Assembly (NCBI GenBank): GCA_010405405.1
Contig: MU004239.1
Span: 310,001 to 374,000, forward strand
Origin: Microthyrium microscopicum
Lineage: Eukaryota
Direction of reading: 5' to 3'
DNA length: 64,000 nt
Position 1 is the stretch's first letter. Each line of letters starts with the position of its first letter. The translations under genes and the position numbers were made by a program. Shown in pieces: positions 1 to 12,726 of this stretch. A model generated the notes under the pieces. That model worked only from the letters and a program-made list of their open reading frames with translations. It ran no database searches and was not told the DNA's origin.

Positions 1-2416
1 GAGCTCGACCGCGATCAAGTGTGGGAAGTGATTTTGAAAGTGGTTGGCTCATTAGCACCGGATCAACCCCAGGCTGCGTTGACAGAGGGAGAGCAGTAGT
101 AGTTATCGAGGTTTGAGCGGCAGCCAGTTGGCCTTGCAGGATGCTAGGTTCAGAATTGCTCTTGTTCTCTTTGGTTGTCGATAAAGGAGATCCCATTAGG
201 TCTTTATCCAGAGGAACCTTCCTGGTCGGGCTTACGTTATGTGAATCTTTTCGCCTTGCGCATTGGCAGTTCTTTGAGTCTGCGCATGTGCAAGGTTGCT
301 GATCCGATATTTTCTTTTGCCAGGTGATTTTGTTCTTTTCCAATTCGTCCACACTAAAGTGCATGGGAGGTAGAACATCAGTTACGCTTTCGAATAAGGG
401 ACGAGCAAATATATTCATAAAGCCCTGCTGGGACTCGCCAAGTTTGATCAAATCACCTACAACCGGTGGTCCACCAAACAGGCAAGTTGGTATTCCAAGC
501 TCAGCCTCCATGGAGCCTTGGTTCGCAAACTCCTCGGTTAATATGTTAGCCCACTGGTGTGCGCAAGGGAAGACTCGAGCCTTGCTTGAATTAGTACATT
601 TGTTATCATCAATTTGAGTTTGGAGACATACCACATTAGATATGTCTGCACACTTGATGAGCAGCCCACAAAGTAAATCGCGATACTCCTCCTTTTCCTT
701 GGCATTCCATGTATCCAATAACATTGCGTCATGCACCAATTTTTCCTGGAGGTTGCCCAAGTCCGCCATGTACTTAAAATGGAGACCCATATCTGTAGCC
801 AAGATATTGTTGATCATCAATCGGCGAAGTGTGGTATCTTTAAAAGCGGAAGGCCAATGGCGTCGTAAGATTTGCGAATATGCAGCGCAGTGAAAAGATT
901 CCAAAACAGAACGATCGTTGTAGAGCTGAGCAAGGGGAGCATTGAGCGAAACTAAGAAAAGATTGTTGACACCCGGATGCCCGACATCGTGACCAATGGC
1001 AGAAACTAAAAGAGTGAGGGCATCGAAAGGTTGCAACAGCGAGGCGATAGGTGAGGTCTTGGTAGGAACTGTGGTATGTGCAAATTCTGGTAATACCTGA
1101 AGTTGCAAAAGAAAAAAGAAGCAAGCTTGCATGACATCGACAGCGTGTCGGAAGTTGTGGTAGTGGACGAATTCGTTATATGCGCCTTGACATGCCTCAA
1201 GAAAGGGAATGAGTTGAGCTAGAATAGATTAGTGCAAATGTACACGGCCAGCCATAGGTTGCACGTACATGTAGGTATCCTCCATTTCTCCAGCTCGGGC
1301 ATTGACAAAGTGTGCTCCATCATGATGAGAGATGCATAGAGCAATTCGTCGTCTACCAAACTATGGGCAGAAAAGGACCAAGAGCCAACGGCTTTAGCAA
1401 CAGTTTCTTTCTGCGCATCGCTGAGATCTATGGATGATATATCCCTAGTTCTTACATTAGCCTAAAAAGTGGGAGAAGGGTTATTGCCAGTTATTTCTTA
1501 CCCTTGCGGAATGATATCGGCATCTTTTTCTGGGCTACAAATGCCACTCATGAGCCCAGACACCATTGCTTCGCGCAAATAAGCATACGGCTTTTCGTCA
1601 TCAACTCCAACCCATGAAAGTTTGCGATTGCGTTTGGAGGCCAGAAAAGCATGGTCTGCCTTACTAACGTCTTTGTAGGTGCGATATGCGTGCACCGCTA
1701 GTCCATGCGCATTAGGTTTTGACAACGGGCTCACCAGAACATCAACTGCCCCAGCGTCAATGAACCGGGTAAGTCGTACACTATCAAGCATGACCTGCGA
1801 TCCATGAACGCTCGGTGATGGAACATTTGCGGGTGCCCAGTCGCGCTCAAAGCCACTAACTACAGCGATAGGTATGACCAGCTTGGAAAACTTCTTGAAC
1901 TGAATCTCGGAAGCGATATGTCCCAGAAGACGCAACCCGTAGATATCTGTTGGTTCGGCGGTCGAATCAACGGTCATTGTTCGTATTAAGCCACGAGAAA
2001 AGGTTGGAGAAGGCGACCTTGTTTCTCTAGAGTATCTTTTTGTCTTGGCTTCTTCATCATACGGCACATCGATGAGAACAACGGTTGGAACACTGTCGCG
2101 TGAGGCTTCTTCGATTTCGGCTAATTTGGCCAGACAAGTGGACCCGGACGAGCACATATGGACTACTTGAAGTTAGAATGCGACATGGAGAACAGTGTAT
2201 GACAACAATACCAGTGGGAAAAGTAGATAGCAACGAATCCAAGGTCTCGTGTATTTCTGCTGCTTGTTTTCCTCCATCAGGTTTAAAGTAATCAGGCGCA
2301 TGATCACCATTTACTGGTTCTGAGCCTTCCAACGAAGACCCCGTGGAATTTCTTCGAGCAGTGTGGTCTCTTCCTCGTCTGTCGACATATATAATGTTGC
2401 ACGCTCCGTGTTCCAT
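1..2416 (-). CDS. PDE2: High-affinity 3',5'-cyclic nucleotide (cAMP) phosphodiesterase, class I; 3' end runs off window
   Basis: ATG 2416. Introns 2163-2211, 1445-1501, 1219-1268 and ~582-631 (GT..CTAAC/CTAAT..AG). Spliced product has PDEase_I motifs YHNFRHAVDV, AIGHDVGHPGVNN, LYNDRSVLESFH, ILATDM, LIKCADISN. Frame stays open to position 1. Confidence 0.93.
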
Positions 2417-2799
2417 GGCGCAGACGTTGTATGTGATTTTGTTGTTGTTGAGAATAAGTAATGTATGAACGCAGGTACTAAGCCAGTTGCGACGACCTCG
2501 GTGTGGACGTCAACAGAGAGTCCGGGGATGGTTGGGAGGAATGCGACAGCGATTGGATCAAGGATCCGGTAATGGACAACAGAAAGTATGATAGAGGAGC
2601 GCAACTTGATCGGATCAGGTCAAGTTTCCATATCATTTGGCGCCTCGACTAGCCTCGACAGTCGCACTGGGCAATTGGAGAGGTGAGATTCCTCGAGGCT
2701 GCAGGAACTGGCACGCGAGGCAAACCAGGCAGTTGTGTCAATGGAAAGAGTCGGCAATCCAGGGGAAGAGAGGATGCTCGCAGCCGGTCGAGTGCAGAA

Positions 2800-3240
2800 A
2801 GGTAGAGAATGCAAAGACGAGAGAGTAGGTGACGCGATGGCGGCGAGGTGAAACAAGGACGGCGGGTACCCGTGAAGTGCTCGAGGAAACGGGCGATGGC
2901 GTCTAGTGCAAAAAGGCTGGGCGGGCCGATTGAGACTGGAGAGAGGAAGTTGAGAGGGAGCAGGGCGAGAGGCAAGCAGGGAGATTGGGGCTAGTATGGA
3001 GCAGATATAGAGGAGAGATAGATGAGAGTTGTTAAGTTTGGGGAGATGTTTGAAGTGTTGGAGGAGGAGGTATGGAGAGAGGGAGTTTTGGAGGAGGAAT
3101 GGGAGAGCAAGAGCGGAGGAGATGACAGAGGGTGGAGGAAGGAGCACAGGGAGGTAGGTACCGAGAAGGGAAGGGGAACTTGGGCAATTTGGGGAAGGAA
3201 CTACTTGGATGGACTTGAAGTTGGGGAAAGAGCGAATTGA
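2800..3240 (-). promoter_or_regulatory. CT-rich (polypyrimidine on minus strand) promoter/5' leader of PDE2
   Basis: Strongly GA-rich on +, so CT-rich on the PDE2 sense strand, 400-800 nt upstream of the ATG. Typical of filamentous fungal TSS regions. Confidence 0.4.
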
Positions 3241-6200
3241 ATAATACTGGTGGCTCTTGCCGTTGAACTCTTACTTACGCTGCACAGTGCAGACTGCAGA
3301 GGCCCTTCCCTTGTAGTTTTTAGCTTGTAGCCTCTGGCCGTTACCACTTTGCGCGGCTCGCGAACCAGCCTCAAACTGCTAAAGTCAATCAACCCTGTCT
3401 GCAACCCCCAATTGATGCTTGCTGTGACTTGAACAATTGGGGAGAAGGATTATAAGCATAGCATTAAACCAATTTTGACTTCATAGTTGTCTTTTGATGG
3501 ATTGTATGATGACAGAGTACTCTGTATGTACGGAGGTACGGATAGGATTACGGATGCTGCACACGGGCAGGAGAGGGCAGCACAGGGGAGGCAGGAGCCT
3601 TCAAGGTTTGGGACTGGCCAGCTGAACGTTCCTTCCTTTCTTCTCTCAATGTCAGTAGTCACTCGTGCCTTCCTCTGTACCTTGCTTTACATCTACACTG
3701 TACAGGTACTTCGTAGAGCAACTTAGCTTTGTGCTCACAACCTCTCCATATAGTCTACAGTCCTGTATCTTTCAAACCCATCAATCGCTATTCAAGCCTA
3801 GCGTATCTTTGCTCTTTCGAGTCTCATTCAATCAAACCTTGTCTATACAATACTTGTACCCATTACTGCGTCGTTGGATTCGCATGAGGGGAAAAGCTCA
3901 CTAGAGCCCAGTATGCAAGCCGACGCCACTGCAACCACCAACTCGGCTTTGCCTGTCGAGTCCTTCTCACCCAGAATATCAAGCCCAATAATTGCCAACT
4001 GATATGTACTGACACCTACTACTCAATCCTTCATCATTCTGCTTTACCACCAACTGCCAACGCGAGCTATCAAAGTGATTCGGCGCATGGCGCATCAGTT
4101 GCATCTCGCTTTAAAACAGCCAGTTGTAAACCTGTGAGCCTTCAGAATCCACAGCAGGCTCAGCAGCCCATGATCCAAGTTCACTACCGAGCCTGTTGCA
4201 GACAGTTGCACAGCACTTCAAGACTCGGACGATATCTATCGTCCATCAAAGTGGTACAACACCATGAAGCTGTCGCAGGCTGGTAGATGTTGATCACTTC
4301 GTAACCCATGCATGGATTTCTTTCTTGGGCCCGCATCGAGCTGCAGCTGGCGCGACATTCTCCTCGCGAGTCCCTGGGACCGACCATTCAGAACCCGATT
4401 CTCCAAGAAGCTAGCTGTCGTTTCCCTCCCTTTTGGACGCTAGAGATGGAGAACACGTCAAGTCAGGCTTAGTCTGCCAGACTGGCCTCGAACGCCAACC
4501 TCCGCCTGACAAAGCCAATTGGTTCGTCCTGCCCATCACCAGCATTAGTGCATTCAGCTGCATCAAAATTCGCGTTTCCTGAGCGGTCAAAATCTCACAT
4601 CCCCGCTGCAAACGATCCTCTGGCGCTTTTAGCCCTCGACCAAGCTTCCATGTCCTCTTTGAACTGAATGGAATCGGCGTAGAAGCCTTCCATAGTCTTC
4701 CAGAAAATCCGGGGGTGGTTCTTGTCTTGCTAGCTGGCACCTCCACGAAATCCAACTCCCCCTTTACAGTTTACTCCTGGTTCATCGCATACAAGGCCAT
4801 ACAGGAAAGACTTCCCACAAAATGAATATCTGTTGTAAGTAATTATTGTGACATTCGACGAGCGACCAGCTACGAAGAAGACATTTATTTCTGTTCCCAA
4901 CCACATTGCTAAAGCTTAAAAGCTTTACACCTAGAGTACTCCTAGCTGCTGATCCTCATGAGTGCCAGAACAATTAATTCCCACACATATAGCAAATATA
5001 TTGATCTAATCCATGTCCATCACCATTCACTGTATATACTATTACACTTTTCTTAGGAGCAGGGCTTTTGATCTGGCCTTGTTTGTTCCCAAAACATAAG
5101 AACTCTCCAACTCTCCAATCTCGTCAGCTTCTGCTCATTCCACCACAAGCTCTAAACATAGATCTTGAAAAGCCCACCAGCTGAGGTAGCTTCAGATAGC
5201 TCATGCGCAAACCCCATTCAAAAGATAGCATAATTATTCTACCAAGCTCTCTTCGCGGGAACTAATCCGATTAGTGGATGCCATGCAGTGGGGCTAACAC
5301 GATATTTTGCCAAAACCTGCCATCTCAAGCTCTCAGCTCATCTAAGAAACCGCATCCGACGAATATGATGCAGTATCCGATGAGTTTTACACCAGACCAT
5401 AATTTGCCCAATGCACACTTGCAAAAGACCAGTCAGAACCCTACAAAGAACCTCCAATAATTCCGTTGTCCATAATCGCATATTACGCTGTGACATGGAC
5501 AGACGTAGCTAAAGCCGCTAAGTGGTCCTCGCTTGGTCTTAGCTTGTTTCGGAAGGCTTCTGGAAACATTCCACGGCCGTTCGGGAGGGCTTCTATAGAT
5601 CTTCCATTTTGGTGCACGAGCCTGGTTATTTCGTTGGCCCAACCTCCTGCAGTCGTGATCGAATGTTTACGTTCTTCGATTGTTCAATATTTGGGCGTCT
5701 TTATCTAGCTTGCTAACGAACTCTAAGAACTGCGCACATAATTCACCTATGGGGATGTAAGAGCTTGGAAACAACGTAATGATGAAAGGTTTGCATGGTA
5801 TCTTCTCAGTGGTATGGTAGGTGATCGTTGCCATCACCGTCTTCGCGTATCGCCGATATCCGGTGCTCAGTATGGAGTACCGTGCCGTTATTCTACGTGC
5901 TAAAAGAAAAAGATGCTTGGTCTCTTGGTGTGTGGCCCCAAGCCAAAATTTGAGGATTCATCTTGGAGAAATTGCTAGTGTTCTTGTGTTGCTGTGGCTT
6001 AATCCTTCTCCTTGGATTATTGGCATCACAAGATTGTGATGGACGATACGATGTTCCAGGAATTCTTGATGAATCCTGCAACGATAGAATACTGCATGAA
6101 GAAGGCGCTCGACTGACCTTTGGAAATGTACAAAATTGCGTAAAAGAAGTCATGTTGAAGGACGGGCAGACAATAACATTGGTCATACATTATGATAAAT

Positions 6201-6454
6201 CAGATACGGAACCTCAGAATATGGACGTTCAAAATAATGGTTTGGTATGCCTAACATTTTTTTTTTCAAAATTTATATCTACTAATCGTATTTTGGCCTC
6301 CAGGTATCTGAGAGATAGAATCTGGGCCACTTTCTGCGCCTTCTATTAGCGCTGGTTAAAACCTACATCTACACCCTCGGTGTACGATATCCTCATTCCG
6401 TGTCGCGTCGTCTAACTTCGTTGCTACTTCAGTCTCCTATAGCATCCCTTCATC

Positions 6455-7159
6455 TTACTCAACCTCCTGGTCTTCCTCCAAGTAGATCACTCTCTCCTTG
6501 AACGATCTCTTCACCTTCTTCCTACCATCCCGTCTCTCTTTCACCTCTCTACTCTTCACCCCCAACATCATTTTCCGCCGTCTTCCAATCTCCTGCTCCA
6601 TCCGCGCTCTCTCTCCATGACCAACATCATACCTCAGCGGCAAACAAACCTGCAACAGCTCACCTTCCTCACACCCCCAATACCGGTATGTCATACGCGT
6701 CTGATTCACTGAGGCCGCAAATACCTGATATGCGATGCCATTCGGCTTTGGCTGAGCACGCACTGTCTGAACAGGCGGTGGAAAATCCGACCAGCGCACG
6801 CGGAACTCACGCTCCGGGACGGGCAGATTTGGCGCAAAGCGTATATGGCCTGGTGTGCCATGCGCTGGTAATGGTGGAGTAGGTATGTCGGCAAGTGCCT
6901 GTAGGGCGCGAGTTGATGGGATGGTGGTGCAGTTTTGGAGGGGGAGATGGCGGTAGTCGATTTTATGTTCGGGTCCAACTTCGCCGTCGTTATGGTAGCG
7001 TCGGGCGATGGGAGAGAGGGGAGGTTGTTGGGGGATTGGATCTGGTGTTGGATCTGGACTGGTGGACTTTGATTGACTGAAGAGATTCGAGAATGAGTTG
7101 AGCCAGTATGTGAGGCTTATGGTGGTTGACTGTTGATCTGACATTGGAGAGGTGGTCAT
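6455..7159 (-). CDS. Hypothetical protein (Pro-rich, basic C-terminus)
   Basis: Long uninterrupted ORF (track 6455-7375 starts at TTG; in-frame ATGs at 7279 and 7159). No recognised domain. Confidence 0.4.
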   Translation of the reverse strand: MTTSPMSDQQSTTISLTYWLNSFSNLFSQSKSTSPDPTPDPIPQQPPLSPIARRYHNDGEVGPEHKIDYRHLPLQNCTTIPSTRALQALADIPTPPLPAHGTPGHIRFAPNLPVPEREFRVRWSDFPPPVQTVRAQPKPNGIAYQVFAASVNQTRMTYRYWGCEEGELLQVCLPLRYDVGHGERARMEQEIGRRRKMMLGVKSREVKERRDGRKKVKRSFKERVIYLEEDQEVE

Positions 7160-8073
7160 ATTGGCGCTGAAGGTAGGCGAGATGCCAGTGATGGTGCTGG
7201 ATAATGGATCTTTTGATGTAGTCTCAGATCTCCTTGAGAGAGCCAAGGCACGGTGCCGACAGTGTAGAACCATATTCATAGATTCTGTGCGCTGAATTTG
7301 TAGTTGGGTAATAGTCGTCAGTGAATAGCTGAGTTTGACCCAACTTGTTACTGGATGTGGTTGTGGTGGACTCAAGCGGGAGGTTACAATCAGTTTCCGT
7401 AATGAGATAATGGTGAGGTATCGAGTTCTATGTTTGGATGCCAGTTTTGGGATTGAAGTGATCTTTGCAGTTTCTTATAGCAATGCTGCTCAATTTGTGA
7501 TGGTCTTGGTCCTGATCTGTACCATGGTACGGTTAAGATTTATCCAACCACGGGTTCTATAGTGATCAAGGTGAATCTCGTCAATAACCAAGTACTATTA
7601 TCCAAGTTTTGATCTTCCGGCGAAACCATGAGTAGCTGTTAACCTGTTAATTGGTACTTGAGGTGGACATTACCGTTTTCCGGAAGTCACTTATCATACC
7701 TCCTATGTCCTGGTGGGTATAGGCGCTTGTTGTTTCCTGGCAATTGAAAATCCTTCATGGCGTATCTCCATATGAACGAAAACGATTATATAGATACTTT
7801 TGACTTGTGTTGCGAAACCCATCTCATTCGATTTTGATCATGAGAAACCGAGGTACGTGACTGAACGAAGCTATAGGAATACAAGTAAGCCAACACTTGA
7901 AGAAAAGGTAGTAATACTTCATTATTATACTGAGACCACAATGATAATAGGAACGTGAAAGAATTGCTGCAGAATGCCTGTTCAAAATGTTCTCATCATG
8001 CTCAAGTCATGGTATCATATCGCCAGCCTGCTGAATCCATTTTCTATCCATAACGCCAAAAAATGAGGAAAGT

Positions 8074-8558
8074 TCACTTCTTTAGTCCAACCTTTTCAAG
8101 CACGGTGTTCACCCCCTTCTTGACCTCACGCTCAATCTCCGTACTTCGTCTCTTATTGCTGTCCTTGGCTTTCTGCTTCTCTTGTTCCGACAGAGAGGCT
8201 ACGTTTGCTGCACCTCCACGACCAATATGAAAGTTCGCTTCTGGTTTGGTGGTTGCTGCAATTTCAACGTCTTGAGCTGCTCGAGCGACTTCCGGGCGAG
8301 TCTTGTCGTTTTTCGCAATGTTACCACTGCCTCCTCGGCCGGTAGTGTATTTCTCGGACTTGATCGTTGGTGTTTCTAGATCTTTAACTCCAGCGGATGG
8401 CCGGCGGTCTTTGCCCATATTTCCTGCATCTTGCTTAGTATCGAGATGATGATTACGAGCACTAGTTACCAACCTGCACCTCCACGACCATGGGAGAGTG
8501 TACGAGCGTTTGACGATGATTCGTCCGCAAGGGTTGGTCGAGCGCGTGTCTCAATCAT
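8074..8558 (-). CDS. GRGGAGN-repeat protein (DUF3602 / Par32-like family)
   Basis: ATG 8558, intron 8424-8473. Product contains SHGRGGAGN, TTGRGGSGN and HIGRGGAAN. Confidence 0.8.
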
Positions 8559-9347
8559 CTTGAATTCTAGAGTGTAGTTGTCTGGATTGGAGGATCTGAT
8601 GGGTAGAATCCAAGAAAGAAACTTCGCCAGTCACTAATAAGGCTTTGGCAAAACGCTAAACGAGGCCGGGACAGTAAATCACAGAGCTTGAATGGGTCAA
8701 AGGCAGGAAATGAAGATGCCAAATAACCAAATTATATTCAGTGGTGGTTTCAACGTTCTCTTACGACGACACGAAGACTTTATGCGGAGTGCGCAACTCT
8801 CTGGTCATACACCCGACCGCTGACGTCTTGTCTTCTTAAAAATCCCATCAGACGACGTGATCTAACACGTTCTCTCATTTTCAATTTAAAGAAACCAATC
8901 CAGCTTCACCGCTGCGCTGGTGGCCGGAGGCTAGCAGGAGAGCAGCTGGTTAAGGAGCAAGCTATTACGTGATAAAATGCATCTCTGCAAGGCTCCGCAG
9001 AGGCTGTGAACAGCTTGAGACCAGTCAACTAACTTGGCAAGCTTGTCCGACCAGGTTCCAGCTCTTTGGAGTTTTCCTTGGTAGCCTAAGGAATACCAGA
9101 AGTTTGGTAATGGAAAAGGGTCTTCTTAGTGGATCTCTGCTTCAAGGGAATGGTATTTTTAGGGAATCGAGAAAATTCATCGGCAAGTTTGAAAAGCCCT
9201 ACAAAGTCAAGCAATATGTCAACCGAGGTGGGTTTTGCCAGAGCTTGAAGAAATACGGAGCTCAAGGCAGTTTATTCATCAGTTAGCCTTTTGAATACAG
9301 TATTCGTGGGATTGAGTCCCTGAGAATATTCTGGGTTATACGCAAAG

Positions 9348-9432
9348 GGGACTTGCTAAACGGCCCCTACTTTCCAGCTAATCTGCCCATGGTTTCCAGC
9401 TAATCTGCCCCTATAGTATCCAAAGCCAAGAT
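9348..9432 (+). repeat. Left TIR of MULE, with two internal 18-bp direct repeats TTTCCAGCTAATCTGCCC
   Basis: Reverse complement of ~12315-12399. Internal repeats at 9371-9388 and 9393-9410. Confidence 0.93.
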
Positions 9433-9949
9433 ATTCTGAAGCTATTCCTAAATAGGAAGTTCGTAATAAAATTCATAGTATTCTAGTGGTACTAAAGCAT
9501 AATTTTAGTATCTAAAGATCTAATATTTAGAAAGCTAAAATACTAAAACTACGCTAGTAGCTTTAAAGCTATAATCCTAAGGAATCTATAATTTTAGGCG
9601 TAAAACTATAAGATCTATAGAATCCTAACTATACAACATCTCTTTACTATTTTTAAAGCATAAAATAATTATTCCATAACGTATCTTAACCCCGTTTTTA
9701 GTATAGTAATAAAATAATTATTCCACATCCTATCCTAACCCTATTTTAGTATAGCAATATTATAATTACTTGCCTTAAGCTCATCCTTTACAAGATCTAC
9801 ACCTTCTACAAGATCCACGCCCTCTATGCCCTTCACGTTATAATATTAGTTAAGCTAAAGTAGCCTAAAGAGCTATAATTTAACAGCGTAATTCTGCTAT
9901 CTCAAGATCTTTATCTGCTATAATATTCTTACAGACGCGCGTTAAAGGC

Positions 9950-11960
9950 TTAATAACGTGCTTCTTACGTTATAGAGCTTTAGCCTAATTAGTATCTTTA
10001 GCCTAATTAATATCTTTAGCTAAGTCAACAGCCTAAACAGGATCTAATAGAGCTTTAAGAATCGCGTTAATATCCTCAAAATCCTTATTAGAGTCCTCCT
10101 TAATTACTACAAGCGTTAATAAAGTTATTATAGCTAAATTACTACTATTTAACGCTACTAGAGTTACATTCTTACGAGGGCGTCCCTATTTATATTTTAA
10201 AAGTGCTATTAAAGATGCTATTAAAGGTATTAGCGCCATTAAAGATGCTAAAGATGCTAAAGCCGTTAAAGTAACATTTATCTCCTAAAACGAGAGATCT
10301 TAACGAGTAGAAGTAACTATTTTGTTAGCTTACGGATAACTATTACTACGCATATTATTTAGTAGTAGAACTCATAGAATTTAAGGACACTTAGGCTCTA
10401 GTAAGAATCCTAAAGTAGAAATAGTATCTTATAATTTTTCTTAAGGTCGTTCATAGTATTAGTATAAATCAACGTTAGATCTATTAATAGTCTACTTAGA
10501 ATTTTATATGTAGCGATCTTAAATATAATAGTAATAAGGTAGCCTAAATACTAAGGTAAAGACGCCGCTATAAGGATCAGAATAGGTTAGATTTTTGGCT
10601 AAAAGATACTAATTGGCGATTATGTTAAGGGCGTAGTTTAAGATAGCTTAGTAAATACGTAGTAATAGTATTAGAATAACTAAAGGTTAAAGTTAAGAAG
10701 AGATTTAAAGCGCATCTTTTGCTATAGCTTTTTGAATAGCGTTAATAGCTAAATATATCTATTTCTTATAAATGTTAATAATAATATTAAGATTAGCTCG
10801 CGAGCTAACTAACTAGAGTTTAATTACGTCGTAAAGACCCTTAAGTAGTAATATAGTAATAATACCAAAATAGCAAGAATCCTTAAGCTAGGCCTTATAG
10901 AAGTCTTCTTTAATAGTCAACTAAGTATTACGAAGATAGGATAATAACTCCTATTAGTTACTAAACTTGCTAACAAAGCTTAACTATATAGTATTATGCA
11001 TTTTTATAGAGTACGCGCTTACGATATCTTACTATATTAATATTATAGTATTTTAGTCCTAAATTGCAGTATTAAAGGCTATTAAACCTAATAGACAACC
11101 AACAGTACTAAATATAGTTCATAATTAAGCTTTAACCGCGCGGTTAACATAAAAGAGGCATAAAATCTATTAAACTTCTAGGAATTCAACCTTAACGGCG
11201 GTCTTTAAAGTAGGACATTTATTAATTAGAATGACGTTTAGCGATTTTAACCCGTTATATTAAACACGCTAGTTAAATACGTAAAGAGCCTATATATATT
11301 TAGGAATCCCTTCGCTAAAGAGGAAGGCAAATCCTATAGAGAAGTATTAATTAGTTAGTATAGCGCTAGTAAGGTAAAATAATAGTATATTATATTAATT
11401 TATATAGTATATTAAGTCTATTAATAAGATATCTAGATAGGATTAAAACATCTTAATTTGCTCCATTATTATAAAGAATATAGCCTTCAATATACCGTTA
11501 ATAATAAGTACTTTAGCAATCTACTCTTCTTCTTCTTTAAAGGTATTTATTATAGCTTCTAATAGGGTACGTTTACAAAGGTATAGTTTCTTCTCTTTTT
11601 AAAGAAGATTAGAGAGATCTTTTATTTTAAATATAGTTCTTCTCTTATTATTAATTAAGCCTATTAAATAGCGAGTTAGAATACTATTATTTATAGAATT
11701 AAGGATTTATTACTTAATATCATTCTTCTTTAAATTAGCGTAACGGTTTAATACGTATATAGAAAGATTACGCAAGGGATTATAATTATATTATTTAAAA
11801 TAAATATTGAAGGACCACTAGTATATTATATTATCTTTACGAATATTATATCTTTAAGGGTAATCTCGCTTCTTTAAGCCTATATTCTTTTAGATTCTAG
11901 TAGAGGTAGAATTATACTTGTAAGTAAGGTTATATTTTAAGTAATATATATGTTTTTTAG
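9950..11960 (-). pseudogene. RIP-degraded MULE transposase (boundaries approximate)
   Basis: Reversing C>T/G>A changes gives YPDILLMDSTY..N.YNMPL (~11380-11440), FSIGFAFL, VILTD (~11215), LCLFHVN (CxxH, ~11150), HFG..TTSPLEG.H (~10835-10870), SWIM-like C.G.FT..FGLPC.H (~10530-10570) and AT-hook GRPRK (~10175). Many TAA/TAG stops. Confidence 0.85.
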
Positions 11961-12314
11961 CGATAATATTTAGTATAGTGCCATTAGGCTTTAATTAATA
12001 ATAATTAATAGCATACCTATACAATTAGCTATAATTTCGTATTACTTTAATTATAGCTTTAAAGGTTAGCTAAATACTGTCTAGAGGATTAAGGATTAGA
12101 ATTAGCATTATGTATAGTTATAATATTATAATATTATTGTAATATTAAGGAATTTTATTATAATAACGTAAAGTAAACCTTAAAGTTAGGACTTAAGGAA
12201 TTATTACGTAGGTCTTAACGCTAGTAGTTGCCCCGCTATAATATAGCTCAGGCTAAGCTTAATGTAGATAGAACTAGTCTACCTTTAGTTAGTGTTAGGG
12301 TATCTTGCCCTAAG

Positions 12315-12399
12315 ATCTCAGCTTCAGATACTATAGGGGCAGATTAGCTGGAAACCATGGGCAGATTAGCTGGAAGCCAGGGGCCGTTTATCAAGTCCC
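12315..12399 (-). repeat. Right TIR of MULE
   Basis: Inverted copy of 9348-9432, followed directly by the TSD TACGCAAAG. Confidence 0.93.
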
Positions 12400-12726
12400 T
12401 ACGCAAAGCTCAATAATGAACGTTGTTTTGGCATAACTCAATACGGTAGTCCTGTCTTACACTAACTGAAAAACTGGAAGCAGAAAACCTGGAATATAAA
12501 CTTCAATCGTACTCCTATATCCTGTGAATCCCTGATAGTTAAGTACTCATCAGATTGTGTGAAAAGCCACACTGAGTACTTTTCATGCGATTTCATGTCA
12601 TCAAAACTGCGTGACTGCTGGTTTTGTCTGGCATATGATCAATATGTACCCCAAAGTATGCTCTTCCCAAATAACAACAACTTACCTAATAGAGATTGAG
12701 GACCGTCCAGATAGCTCAACAATCCT

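Larger units (their letters stand above)
9348..12399 (-). mobile_element. Full-length Mutator/MULE (Hop-like) DNA transposon, 3,052 bp, RIP-inactivated
   Basis: ~85-bp TIRs (GGGACTTG[C/A]TAAACGGCCCC...). Perfect 9-bp TSD TACGCAAAG at 9339-9347 and 12400-12408. Very AT/TpA-rich interior. MULE transposase motifs recoverable on the minus strand. Confidence 0.95.

Noticed and set aside
2620..3240. Leu/Ser/Pro-rich and Glu/Gly-rich ORFs
   Set aside because: By-products of the CT/GA-rich promoter tract.
5963..6349. Small secreted protein ORF
   Set aside because: Starts at TTG just after an in-frame stop. An intron-like segment (6245-6303) exists but I could not build a convincing gene model.
9371..9410. 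CRISPR-like direct repeats
   Set aside because: Only two copies, inside a transposon TIR, in a eukaryotic genome.
9348..12399. AT-rich island as NUMT, centromere or horizontal transfer
   Set aside because: TIRs, TSD and MULE motifs with TpA excess explain it as a RIP-mutated transposon.
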